This document shows positions 9,113 through 20,400 of a DNA stretch of 60,919 bases, one piece after another. Under the pieces are notes generated by a model. The model searched no databases and had not been told where the DNA came from. It saw only the letters and a program-made list of their open reading frames with translations. Position 1 is the first letter of the stretch; each line of letters opens with the position of its first letter. The translations under genes and the position numbers were made by a program. Location: contig JALAGF010004255.1 of the NCBI GenBank assembly GCA_030167865.1, positions 1 to 60,919 of the forward strand, written 5' to 3'. This stretch comes from Craspedostauros australis. Lineage: Eukaryota.

Positions 9113-11236
9113 TCATGTATCGCTCTTCTTTCGACGGAAGAATCCTCTCTTGGATCGGCTCTTTTCCTTCTTGTCCTTTTCGTCTTCGCTGTCACTATCA
9201 CTATCACTGTCACTATCACTGTCACTGTCACTATCGTCCTTGCCCTTTTTCTTCTTCTTCTTGTCATCCTCGTCATCCTCATCGCTCTCTTCTTGGCGTT
9301 CGACGAGCTCTTCACCAAAGTCATCACCCAACAGCGTTCCTGCGATGTGCTCCTTGGCGGCCGTCATGACAGACGCGCCAAAACTCTTGACAAAGCCGAA
9401 GCGACTCTTCTTTTCTTCCACCACCTCTTCTTCCTCTTCTTGTTCTGGTTGTTTGTCATCCTTGCCACGCGTCTTGTTGTTGTTGCTGCCATCGCCCACC
9501 ATTGCAGCACCTCCGGCACCACCGGCAGCTGTTGCGCCTGCCATGGCGGCAGTGTTGGACGACGCTCCACCCTTCTTGCCGTCCTTGTCCTTGTCACCAA
9601 CATCATCGACATCCACGCCATCGGCCTTCTTGCTATCGTCATCGCCTTCACCCTTCTTCTCGTCGGCCTCATCGATGGTGTCTTCCGCGACATCGGCGAC
9701 GTCGTCGTTGACCACCTCACCAGCATCGTCTGCATTTTCCGCCACATCCTGCAGATCATCACCGAAACCACTTGGTTCCTCGACGTCATCGAGTCCTTCG
9801 ACGTCTTCGCCAGCGGCGAGGGCACCGAAGTCGTCTCCGGCCATCGCACCACCCGCCATGGCGCCGCCGAGCCCCATTCCGGCCCCCGGGACCAAGCCAT
9901 CGCCGAAGATGTTGCCCACGATCTGGCCCGCGACCAGATCCGTGGCGGCCACACCGATGGAAGCCATGATTCCGCCGAAGCGGCCCTGGTTGGGGTTCTC
10001 CTCGCCGTTGCGCTGCTGGTTGCTCTTGTTCTGGCCACGCGCCTGCTGCTGTTGCTGATTGTTCTTGTTGTTGCGGTTGGCACCCTGCGCGTTGTCTCCT
10101 GGCTTGCCGTTGTCGTTGTCCGCCTCCTGCTCTTCGACTTCGGCATCCTCCCACCATCCTTCGTCTTCCTCCTCCTCTTCTTCTTCGTAGTCGAATTCGT
10201 AATCGCCGGTCTCCTCGCCGGCATCCGCGTCGGCGCCGAACTCGGCCGACTCGCCATCCGCGTCCTCCGTGAAGTCGAACTCCGTGTCGAAGTCGGCCTG
10301 GTTGCCACCATCGAAGGCATCGTAGTCCATGCCGGCGTTGCCCGTCTCGAATACCGAATCGCCCATCTCGACATCCGGCGCCACGAAACCGTCGGGATCG
10401 ACGAAGTCCGACTCGATGAGGGAGGGCGCCTCGCCCAACGCCCTGAGGTTGTCTGGATCCGTGAGCACGCGCATCGTCTCGGGGTCGGACATGAGCTCCT
10501 CGCAGAGGGGATTCGAATCGCGCAGCGCCTTGAGCTCGTCGTCGTTCTCGATGGCCTCCTCGAGTCCCTCGGGATCCTCTAGCAGGACCTGCATCTGCTC
10601 CTGCACCTCCGGGTCTTCCATGTGATCGGCGGCGCGGTTGAGGGCCTCGCGGTTTGGATCGGGCGCCTCGTCGGCGTCGTCGGCATCCGCGTCGTCGTTC
10701 TCGAGCTCGTCGAGGGCGTCCTCGAAGCAGCAGCCGATGAGGCAGCCGCTGAGGAAGGCGAAGCCGCCGCCCGCGATGCAGGCCATGATCTTCTTGATGA
10801 AGAGGAGGACCTTGAAGACCTTGAAGATGGGGGAGTTGACGAACCACACGAAGCAGGAGCGGCGCTTGCTCTTGTCCTCGTCCTCGGGCAGGATGCCGCC
10901 GGCGTCCTTGTAGACCTGCTCGAAGTTGATGCGGATGAGCTTGGGATCCTCAAAGACGGGTCGCAGATCGGGGTACTGGTCGAGCAGATGCTGCAGCCTT
11001 GGGCAGTTCTTGTATATGTTGGAGGCGAAGTCAGGATCCTCGCGGATCTGCACCACGACCTCCCTCATGAGGACGAGGTTGTCGGACATGACCTCCTGCG
11101 TCTGCTGTCTCAGGTCGGAGTCCATGGACATGGTGCCGACGGAGCCATCGCCGTCGAGGCTCTTGCCCTTCTCGGCCTCGCTCACGCTGTCGCTGTCCTG
11201 GTTGCCGGCGTTGCGACGCCGTCGGAAGAGCCCCAT
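9113..11236 (-). CDS. Acidic protein with STI1 (DP-repeat)-like domains and hydrophobic/Cys-rich segment
   Basis: First ATG at 11236 (MGLFRRRR; the track start 11242 is TTG). HMEDPEVQEQMQVLLEDPEGLEEAIENDDELKALRDSNPLCEELMSDPETMRVLTDPDNLRAL resembles ubiquilin STI1 repeats; strongly biased coding-like codons. Confidence 0.75.
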   Translation of the reverse strand: MGLFRRRRNAGNQDSDSVSEAEKGKSLDGDGSVGTMSMDSDLRQQTQEVMSDNLVLMREVVVQIREDPDFASNIYKNCPRLQHLLDQYPDLRPVFEDPKLIRINFEQVYKDAGGILPEDEDKSKRRSCFVWFVNSPIFKVFKVLLFIKKIMACIAGGGFAFLSGCLIGCCFEDALDELENDDADADDADEAPDPNREALNRAADHMEDPEVQEQMQVLLEDPEGLEEAIENDDELKALRDSNPLCEELMSDPETMRVLTDPDNLRALGEAPSLIESDFVDPDGFVAPDVEMGDSVFETGNAGMDYDAFDGGNQADFDTEFDFTEDADGESAEFGADADAGEETGDYEFDYEEEEEEEDEGWWEDAEVEEQEADNDNGKPGDNAQGANRNNKNNQQQQQARGQNKSNQQRNGEENPNQGRFGGIMASIGVAATDLVAGQIVGNIFGDGLVPGAGMGLGGAMAGGAMAGDDFGALAAGEDVEGLDDVEEPSGFGDDLQDVAENADDAGEVVNDDVADVAEDTIDEADEKKGEGDDDSKKADGVDVDDVGDKDKDGKKGGASSNTAAMAGATAAGGAGGAAMVGDGSNNNKTRGKDDKQPEQEEEEEVVEEKKSRFGFVKSFGASVMTAAKEHIAGTLLGDDFGEELVERQEESDEDDEDDKKKKKKGKDDSDSDSDSDSDSDSDSEDEKDKKEKSRSKRGFFRRKKSDT

Positions 11237-13501
11237 GGTCAATTGGAGTGCTCGCTTTGGCTGTTGCTAGTGTTGTTATTGTTGCTATTGTTGCTAGTGT
11301 TGTAGTTGTAGTTGTGGTTGCTACCCGTGGGATGACTCAAAGCCCGTCAAGTCAAGCCAGCCAAGGTGCAGCCAAGTTGTAGACAGAGCACAGTGGAGTG
11401 AAGTGGAGTGGTTGAGAGTGGAGCGTGAACCTATGGGCCCTCTGGAATGGATGACTTTCGTGCTGGAGCTTTTTCGTCCAAACCTGTGATTATTTTGGCT
11501 CTTTTCTGGTTGCAGCTGTTGGTGGTTGTGTTGAGTTGTGTGGTTACGTTGAGTTGTGTGGTGGTGGTGGTGGTGGTGGTGGTTGTTGTAGCAGCTTGGT
11601 CTTGCTGGTTTCGTTCTCCTTGCGCCTCTGTTATCTCTGTTGAGGTCGCGACTTGTTTGTGCACAAATAGTATGTAAAGTATGGACGGCACGATCTACCA
11701 CGTCAAAAGAATACAGAGCGTCTGAACCCACTGGTCAGAACTCGATCACGCCAAATCGTATTCGTGAAGCGGAACGCACAACGCCGCACACTCTATTGAT
11801 ACTCAAGAGAGTATAATAGAGAGGAGAGGGAGAGACCTTTCAACTTGATTTCGCGTTGGGTGGACCAGAATGCGTGGGCTTGTGTTTGTTGTTTGGTGCA
11901 GAGCGTTTGTTTCGGTGGGTCAACACGCTTGATTGATTGCTTGATGCGCTTTTTGTCTTGGCTCGAGGCGTTCTTGATGGGCCTTGTTGGCATGAATGTT
12001 GCTGCTCGCGTTGCTACCTTGAGCTGCCGCTTTTGTTACTGTTTCGGCTGTACACATACTTCTTGATGAACGATGTCAAAGGTCACGACCACAAAGAGCA
12101 CAAACACGCCATCACACACACAATTTGCTGCGTTGAAGTTGGTTGGTTGGCTGCGTTCGAACCACCTTTTCGCGCGCAAAAAACCAAAATTTTCTGGCGA
12201 CGCTCCTGTGAGTACGTTCGATCGCCGACCGGCCTGCCGCCACTAATGCCAACGGCAATTGCACCGCCATCTCCGCAAAACACCACGCACAAGGGGACGC
12301 GAAGTTTGGGCGCACCTCGCGGTATGAAAAGGACTCCTCCGGAATGACAAAAGTACTTTCATTTATCCGGCCGCACAATCCAAATGGTCCCGCGGAGAAA
12401 TCCAAAAGGAAGCTCAACACCTCATTCGCGGTCATCAAGACCAATCTAATTAACAAAATGAACAAAAAGTCTGCAAAGGCAATGACTCACAAACCCGATG
12501 GGACATTCGAACCCAACACACGGGATTGGTGCGGTGGAAGGCTGCCACGATTCGTTGAAACTCTGAATGCGGTCGTCCGAGTCCATTACATGTGGATCGC
12601 GGACCCACCGGATCACTTTCCGTCTGCTGGACACGTCATCTGAACGAACACCAGATGGCGACGCGTTCTGATTGTGGCTTCGCTGTTTTGCTGTGTAGAA
12701 AATGCGTGGAACTTGTACCAACTGTGCAACACTGTGCGCTGTGATGTCAAAGATACCACGTGGTCGTTCGCGCCAACGTGAGATGTCTGCGCGAACGAAA
12801 GAGTCGTGTTTGTGCCACAGAACAGTGTCGTACTGTTGTTGTTGTTGTTGTTCTTTTGTGTGCGAGATAACTGAGACGAGTGCTTCGTGCTGACGAAGTT
12901 GTGAACGTTGAGACGGATGATGCGAACTGAGAAATCGAGAATCACGGGTTAGGAACACACGGCGAGAACAACCGTGACGGTGGCAGCAACGGCAACACGA
13001 GACAAATGTCCGAAAAGGGACATTGTCATCCGTTCTTGTCGTCATTGCGGTCAGTGTCGCCTTGATCACAAGGAGGAGCCAACCAACACAGATTCACAAG
13101 TATAGTCGTATAATACCATAGAGAGAAGCCAAAACAACGGCACACACATACCCACTATTCTACTATACCCACGGTCACATCTGCCGCAACGAGAGAAAGG
13201 GACACGGAGACTGGGCATCGCCCATCACAAGAGAGAGAAGGAAGATTCATCGTCAGACATCGAATCGATTTGGGTCTTTTGGCATCATTTTGGCTTCTCC
13301 CACGATTTCCGTCAACACGCTGGCTTTGATTCGATTCCGCATCTGTCATTGCTCTTGGGTCAGCCTCGTGGATTCGCAGAGTTGAATTGAAGCCTGATAT
13401 ATCACATCAGCCCAAACATATTGATCGGCAGGAACAGGAGGCCACACTGCACACACCCACACACGCAGTGAGAAAGAGAAAGAGAGAGCGCTTGAGACGA
13501 C

Positions 13502-16500
13502 ATGGCGCTCGTTCCGACCCAAATGAGGGCAGCGCACGAGGCTTCGCCTGCCTTTCAGACCACGATGGAGGCAAGCCGCGATCAGGGACGGCATCCCAAG
13601 GAAAGGAAGGTCACCCACACTGCAGCCCACAAGATGAGAGTCAAGGTGGCGCCTCCCACCAACATCAAGGCTGACCCAAATGCAGCTGCCAAGGTTCGAA
13701 ATTCATCTGCTTCCGTCCCAAAGTCATTTGCGACTCCACCTCAGCATGCGGCCAGATCAAGGGCCTGGATTCCGCTGGCGTATCCCAAGCAGGCAGTCAT
13801 CGCATCGTTGTCTCACCATGAACATCAGAATCAGCATCAGCGTCCATACGAGTGCGTCACACGCAATCTTCATGAGGAGAACGATATTCGCGACACTCAT
13901 TCATGCGGACGACGACCATTGCATTGCGATCCCAAGCGAGAACTGTCGCAGATGGACTCTGCCTCGTACTTCCCGCTGCACCCGGACATCCTGCTGGCCA
14001 CAGCACGAGAGCTCCTCATCTTCGACGGTGTCCTGGATTCCAAGACATTGACTGTCGACTCGGTCCCTTCCATGGCCGTTTTCGCCAATGGCAATGATGC
14101 CAACAATACCAATACCAATGGCAACAAGGAAGAGCTCGTCCAGATCCCACCATTCCTCTACCACACGCAGTATCCGGCCTACAAGAAGATCGTCCCTGAC
14201 AAATCCAGCTCTACCATCGACGCCAAAGCCATCGCTACTTATGATCCAACCACCATCATTACCACTTCCACAGCAAGAACCAATGGCCGCAAGCGATCTG
14301 CATCGGCATCCACTACTCGCAGTATGACAGAGTCACCTACCTCCTCCTCATCATCATCTTCTTCATCTCCCAACAACAAAAGACACAAGCAAACGACAGC
14401 CTCCGTAGTCTCGCCATGCGCATCGCCCAAACGCGCTCCGACTGTCCCGAATGATCGCTGCGAAGCACTTGCCACCAGCCTCATCATCGGCACGCCGTTG
14501 CCATCGCGACTCCAGCTGTATCCACAATCGCTGTTCTCTTCGGTCCGATCCGTCTCGCCGCCATTGATGCACAAGTCGTACCTGCAAACCTCCGCTCGGC
14601 GTCCAAGATTTAGACCGCGTTTGCCAAACAAACGAAGCACGTCAGCAACCGAGACCGCACCTGCGCGCAAGGCGAAATGCAAATCGACCTTCAAGTCTGC
14701 CAACAGACCTGCCAAGGTCAAGCGAACCAAGCCGTCGATCAAACACAAAAATCAGAGACACGCAGCAGCCACCAAACCGATGGACGCCAAGACACCCGCA
14801 GCTGCTGCTCAAAAGGTGCCTCCACCACGTCCTGTCTTGTCCACTGCCACCTTGACGCTGAGACAGATCACACCGTCGCATGTTCCAACACCGGAACGCA
14901 TCGCGCAAATTTGCATCGATCGTGTGTGGAATGATCTGCAGACGTCCTCTTCGTCCGTGACGAATTCATTGCCACCGCCGTACTTCCAATGCAAACAAGA
15001 AGAACAACACCAGCAGCGACAATGTCACCAGGAACAATCATCTGTTGATGCCACCACTATCAACCACCATGACGCGAATTTCTCAGCAACGAAAGGAATC
15101 AAAGCAGAACCGCGGACAACGCCGCGGAAGATATCGGTCGCAGATGAAGAGGAGGCAACGGGCACAAGCACTCTTGCTCATACGCCGGTGCAGCCAGCAA
15201 TCGAAACCCGCGCATCATCTTCAGTCGCAACGTCGGAACGCATGGATGATACCATGCCTCTATGCATCGACCATTTCGAACAGGCCAAGCAAGAATTCGA
15301 CGACATCGCAAAGTACTTTGACCTTGATCGTCGTCACGGCATCACCCGCGCCCTCACTCCCAAGCAACCGCTCTGCGACATCCCATCCATGGTCCACGCT
15401 TCCATATCCACAGAAACGGAGCTGCGCCGACAGGCCGACGTCATGACCAAATCCCTCGTCGCCAGCTTTCCCGACGCCGTCCTTCGCCAATTCTTGGGAT
15501 ACCATGCACGATCCATCTCCGTCCCACGCCGACGCTTGGAACGTCTGTTCGGTTGCTACCTGTACGATGTCAGCCACGCCATGTTTGCATGGGAGCGCAC
15601 GGAGTGGGAGTTTGCAGCGCAGCTATCATTGTCCAAATCGACAATCCCATTGCACCCGATGGCATCCTCAGGAGAAGGACTGCGTTCCGTTCATCGCGGC
15701 GCTTCCGTCACCAATTCACCTACAAATCATCGGCCGTTGACGGAAGAGGACACTCGTAAGATCCAAGGAACGCTCTTCGACTCTCGCACGGTGGAGTTCT
15801 TGGGTGGCATGGAACCTTCGAGCATCCTGCCGCAGGCCATCATCATCGCACGCCAACGACGTCAGAGTCGACCCAGCTCGCCCAACAACGATGAGAGCAC
15901 AGAATACGTATCACCAATCGCCAATTGCAACACCAGCAACGCAGCAGCTGCTACCGTTGCCAACACTGTCGCCAGTATCACTGGCAAAAGCAATAGTACA
16001 TGGCAGGCGTTCGCGGTGTCCCCAAAGGGCAGGAAGTACTTCAAGCATCATTTGGTGCGTAACGTTGCTGTCGACAAATCTGCCAACGTGCAAAAGCTGC
16101 AAAAGCTGAGAGCTGCGATGATTGCACCGGGCAAACGAAGACGCGGTCATCGACTACGACGGCTGCAATATGCTGAGCTGTGCAAGCCCATCACGCCTGT
16201 CAACCATCCCATGAGCGATGCAAAACACGTTTCGACCTTCGTTGCTGCCGTAAAGACAGAGAATCTCGATTCGGTCAAGACAGGTGGTGCAGCCACGGAA
16301 ACGGCATCGATCAGCATGGAATCGTCGAACTCGTCCAATCCTGAAACGCCCGCAACATCCTGCACCGAACAGTCGCCCACACAGGTGATGCGCTCGCGAC
16401 TTCGTGCGAATCCCCCACGCTCTCAACGAGAGACTGAGGGGAATGCGATTTCTCAAGACGCCACTCCGGTTCCTTCGACCCTAGACGACAAGAACAGCAT

Positions 16501-17173
16501 GAGCACCGACACTGCTGTCACAGCCACAGCTACCGCTACGTACGTGGCGAACGGTGAACACAGCGGGTCGTCTTCCCATTCGAGCTCATCTTCCAGCATA
16601 TCCGCTGCGTGCACGCAACAGCCGACGCACAAAAAGACAAAATCCATCGAAGCAGTAGATTCAAACCATGCGCCAAAGGCCCCACCAAGCACATCGCAAA
16701 CGGCGAAATGGTTGGAATGGCGCCAACTTCGCGTGCTGGAGGAGACACCGTGCGCCGTTCCAATCACGCTCTCCCGATCTTCGTTGCAAGAGTCCTGGGA
16801 CATCGGGCTGTCAAAGGAAGGCAACGCATGTGTCGTTACGCGCGTGGGCAGGGGCCGCACAATCGCGAACAATGACGACGCCTCGGTACGACTCTTTTGC
16901 GGAGATCTCATCCTCCACGTCCAAAATCATGGCACACGCACCGAGACATGGTCTCCGGGATGTCCTGGCTCCAAGACGAACCTGAGAGCTCCAACTCCAT
17001 CCTTTGTGGCATTGAAAAAGTTCAATACAGGGACCGCTGCAGCAACGAATGGCACGGGAAGCGACGGGGATGACTGGTTCGATGATCTGGTAGCGATCTT
17101 CAAACAGAGCATGGAACTGCAACTGATTGTGCAACGAGTGGGAGTCGCCACCACTGTTCAGTCCACGCCTTGA
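13502..17173 (+). CDS. Hypothetical 1223-aa, largely disordered protein with C-terminal PDZ-like domain
   Basis: 3.7-kb uninterrupted ORF; VPITLSRSSLQESWDIGLSKEGNACVVTRV...LFCGDLILHV...LVAIFKQSMELQLIVQR has a PDZ-like pattern. Start codon uncertain. Confidence 0.7.
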   Translation: MALVPTQMRAAHEASPAFQTTMEASRDQGRHPKERKVTHTAAHKMRVKVAPPTNIKADPNAAAKVRNSSASVPKSFATPPQHAARSRAWIPLAYPKQAVIASLSHHEHQNQHQRPYECVTRNLHEENDIRDTHSCGRRPLHCDPKRELSQMDSASYFPLHPDILLATARELLIFDGVLDSKTLTVDSVPSMAVFANGNDANNTNTNGNKEELVQIPPFLYHTQYPAYKKIVPDKSSSTIDAKAIATYDPTTIITTSTARTNGRKRSASASTTRSMTESPTSSSSSSSSSPNNKRHKQTTASVVSPCASPKRAPTVPNDRCEALATSLIIGTPLPSRLQLYPQSLFSSVRSVSPPLMHKSYLQTSARRPRFRPRLPNKRSTSATETAPARKAKCKSTFKSANRPAKVKRTKPSIKHKNQRHAAATKPMDAKTPAAAAQKVPPPRPVLSTATLTLRQITPSHVPTPERIAQICIDRVWNDLQTSSSSVTNSLPPPYFQCKQEEQHQQRQCHQEQSSVDATTINHHDANFSATKGIKAEPRTTPRKISVADEEEATGTSTLAHTPVQPAIETRASSSVATSERMDDTMPLCIDHFEQAKQEFDDIAKYFDLDRRHGITRALTPKQPLCDIPSMVHASISTETELRRQADVMTKSLVASFPDAVLRQFLGYHARSISVPRRRLERLFGCYLYDVSHAMFAWERTEWEFAAQLSLSKSTIPLHPMASSGEGLRSVHRGASVTNSPTNHRPLTEEDTRKIQGTLFDSRTVEFLGGMEPSSILPQAIIIARQRRQSRPSSPNNDESTEYVSPIANCNTSNAAAATVANTVASITGKSNSTWQAFAVSPKGRKYFKHHLVRNVAVDKSANVQKLQKLRAAMIAPGKRRRGHRLRRLQYAELCKPITPVNHPMSDAKHVSTFVAAVKTENLDSVKTGGAATETASISMESSNSSNPETPATSCTEQSPTQVMRSRLRANPPRSQRETEGNAISQDATPVPSTLDDKNSMSTDTAVTATATATYVANGEHSGSSSHSSSSSSISAACTQQPTHKKTKSIEAVDSNHAPKAPPSTSQTAKWLEWRQLRVLEETPCAVPITLSRSSLQESWDIGLSKEGNACVVTRVGRGRTIANNDDASVRLFCGDLILHVQNHGTRTETWSPGCPGSKTNLRAPTPSFVALKKFNTGTAAATNGTGSDGDDWFDDLVAIFKQSMELQLIVQRVGVATTVQSTP

Positions 17174-17476
17174 CACTGCACAGAGTCGCAAGTGCTGAAC
17201 GCACACGCAAACACGCATATGTGAAGAAAATGTACACAGATGGGGAACAAGCAAACATAGAAACTGCAAATATAACAAGACTACTAATACGAGCACATAA
17301 ATGTAGAGGCATACTAATACTCGCAGTGACTAGTAGCATATGTACGTATCCAAGCCAAAGAACGCGATGGCAGGGGCACAAGTGCTCCTTGGAAGGAAGT
17401 TGCCCTTCAGTCGTCCTTCCTTCCATTGCGCTTTGGGACGAGCCCGCATCGAATGTCAAGAATTAGATTCGTATTC

Positions 17477-20400
17477 TCACTTTGTACTATTATACGAGTT
17501 ATGCGTAACGGCCCGACCGCCCTTGCCAACTGCGAGGCGCTTGAGTTGGTAGAGGATCCGGTATCGTTCCAGGCAGGGGAATGGAGGTGGAAGGGTGTCC
17601 AGAACGGAACGACATGCCAGATCGGCACGTATTGCGATGCCCCGAACCACGTTCGCGGCATCGACGGTCGGCACGATCTCATTCTCCACGAAGTACATCA
17701 GCTCTCGACGCAACGCGCTGGGCAGATGCTTCCGGATCCGCACGCACACCCGCACGAAGTCGTCGTTCTGCGCAAACGGCGACACGAAGATCGTGACGAA
17801 GCCAAAGTGACCACTGATCAGATTCTGTCTCATTTCCGCTGGCTCCAAATCGATGTCGGCCGCCACAGGAGAGTCCTTGTCGACGAACACGATGGCCACG
17901 GCGTCATTTCCAACATGGCGCTTGCGGGTGTTTATCTCATCCGGCATCCACGTGACGTCGTGGAATACAATCACGCTGCGAGCAGCATCCAAGATGTTCG
18001 GATCGGAGTCGTCGCTGATCCATGCCCGGGCCAAGGCACCGTCTGACTCGTACTCGGTGACGTCAAGTCCACCGGAATAGTAGCGCAGCTCATTCGTCGG
18101 TACCAGTCCACCGAGACCTGATGCGAACCTGTGGAACGCCGGCGCCGAGGCCTTGCTGCCAAGGATGATGGTTTCGGGATCTTGATCGTCAGCATCGTTA
18201 CCATGCGGACCAGCGTACAGCAGAGCGACTTTGTGTGCCAAACAAGGTAGTCGACGATCCACGATGCTGATGGCCTGGTTCAGTTTGTGTCCTGGTCGCA
18301 TCCGCTTCACCGGGAGGTAGGATGGAATCAACCTGCTTGCGTTCGCGTTTGAGTCCGCGCTTGCGTTTGCACCGCTGCTTGGTGCAGTACCATCGCTGCT
18401 GTCCGCAGAAGTAGGTGCTAGTGTCCAGCTTTTGAGGACTTCCTCATCGAAGCCCAGTTGCCGAAGGTGTTCAACGATGAGAGCAAAATCTTCATTGTTC
18501 GCACGATCGGAACACAAGAAATCTCGAATCCACTGCCTGATGGATACTTCGTTGACTTCGTCAGCCTTGTCAGGACCACCATCATCGGTCGTGGTCCCCA
18601 CCATCGCATCTGCCAGCGACTGGATAGAGTGATTCGACCAACGTGCTAACGAATCGAGCGTATCGTTGCTGTTGTTTCTTCTGCTACCAATACCCTTGCC
18701 AAGGATGCCCCTTCTGTTGTCATTCGTGAACAGTTCGTCCATCGTCTGCATCAGGGATTGGGCTTCGTTGATGATATCATTTTCCTGATGGCGGAGCTTG
18801 GTGGGAAGCGGGGATATCTTTGGAAATGATACATCACCCTCTTGCACCTTCATGTTGGAAAGACGCGAAGATCGAAGTGTCGCACGCGCAGGGCTTGGGT
18901 TTGCCAAGGAAACCTGCGAGTTCATCCGCACGAGAGCACGTCGGCGCGATGTTGGACATCGCACGATGATCTCGATCCATCCCCGGTATCTCGACGTTGG
19001 TGATCCTCGCCGGAACGTCAGCAACGTCGAATCACCGCACAGCCAAGATGCTTCGGCGGCTTTCGAATCGTTGCCCTTGGCGTTATCCTTGGCACTTTTT
19101 CTGTTATTGTAATTGTAGTTGTTGTCGTTGTTGGTGGCGGTGGTTGTGGTCGTCGGGTTGATGCCAGCGCTGGTTTGAAACTCTTCGATGGCAACAATCT
19201 CTGATGCAAGATCTCGATGATACGAGTACGAGCGCGAGGCGGCAGCGCTGTTTCGGATTCGATCGACTCGGTGCAAGACCTGTGAACGGTTCTGCAGGAG
19301 GACCTGCGCGTACTTGTTGAGGAAGTCTACGTGAGGTACGTACAGATCTGGAACGGACGGTATGCTTGGTTGGGTGTGGTCATCAGCACTCGTACCCGCA
19401 CTCGTTTTGTGAAAGTCGATACCTGCCTCAATCAGGTCATCAAGGCTGTCCTGATTGAGCAAGCTGATCAGCAGTCCCATGCATCTGATCGAGAGGTAGA
19501 GGATGTAGTTTGGCTCCTCCAGGCGAGTGGCGATGATTCCTCGGATCATCTGCACAAAGTCCACAGCCAAGGCTCCACCATGCTGCTGCAAGACGGCTGG
19601 CCGCGATTGGAGGATCTCACAGAGTGTCGAAAGGGAACTAGCGAGGCCCGAGGCCGTCTCGGCGGGGTTTTCTTTGTCTGCGGTTCCCGATGGCCTCTTC
19701 GTTGCGCCGCTTGACTCGTTCGCGAGACACCCATCGTGATGCTCACGGGGCGACCTGACAACTCGAGACAATGAACTGCGAATGAATTCCGCCACGCAAA
19801 TGAGATGCTTGTCGTTGGCACTCGAGAAATTCACAATAGATGCCAGGAACCTGTGTCCCACACAACTCCATGTCGTGCGTGTTGATGGATTCTTCGATAG
19901 CTCGCCGACGATAGTGTCAGCTCTATTTGCGCTAGTACCTCGTCCCTGATTTATCAGAGCCGCGTTCAGTACCTGCACCGCAAGTCGGAGAACCGAGGCA
20001 CGGCAATCGCATCTTGATGATTCAGATCGTAACACGTTCACCAAATTATCGACACGCACGGCATCCAAGAGGTCGACAGGCGCACCCGACATCATGATGG
20101 ACGAGATCGTCTTGCTGGTGAAATCGATGATCGTGGATAAGAACATGTGCGTTTGTTCATGCTGGCAGGCTCCGATGCGGTTGCAGCAGTAGTCTAGCGA
20201 CTGGCAGAGGGTGCCAATCATGTTTTCGAAGGAGATGATGGTGCTGGGCGCCATCCGTCCACTATGGTGGCGAGGTCTTGTCGTTGTCGTTGTCACTTTC
20301 CCTCTTCCTGGCGCATGCGCCATGACAGACGATGCGATGATTGTGATGGGGCGTTGATCGGACGGATGGTCGGTGGATCTGGACAGGAAGATGAGAAGGT

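Noticed and set aside
9068..10847. Long antisense and alternate-frame ORFs (504, 302, 336, 353 aa)
   Set aside because: Shadows of the codon-biased STI1-like gene. The same applies to 36442-37851, 42484-43545 and 43944-45008.
12344..13069. 99-aa and 207-aa ORFs
   Set aside because: No motifs; composition resembles promoter/UTR sequence.
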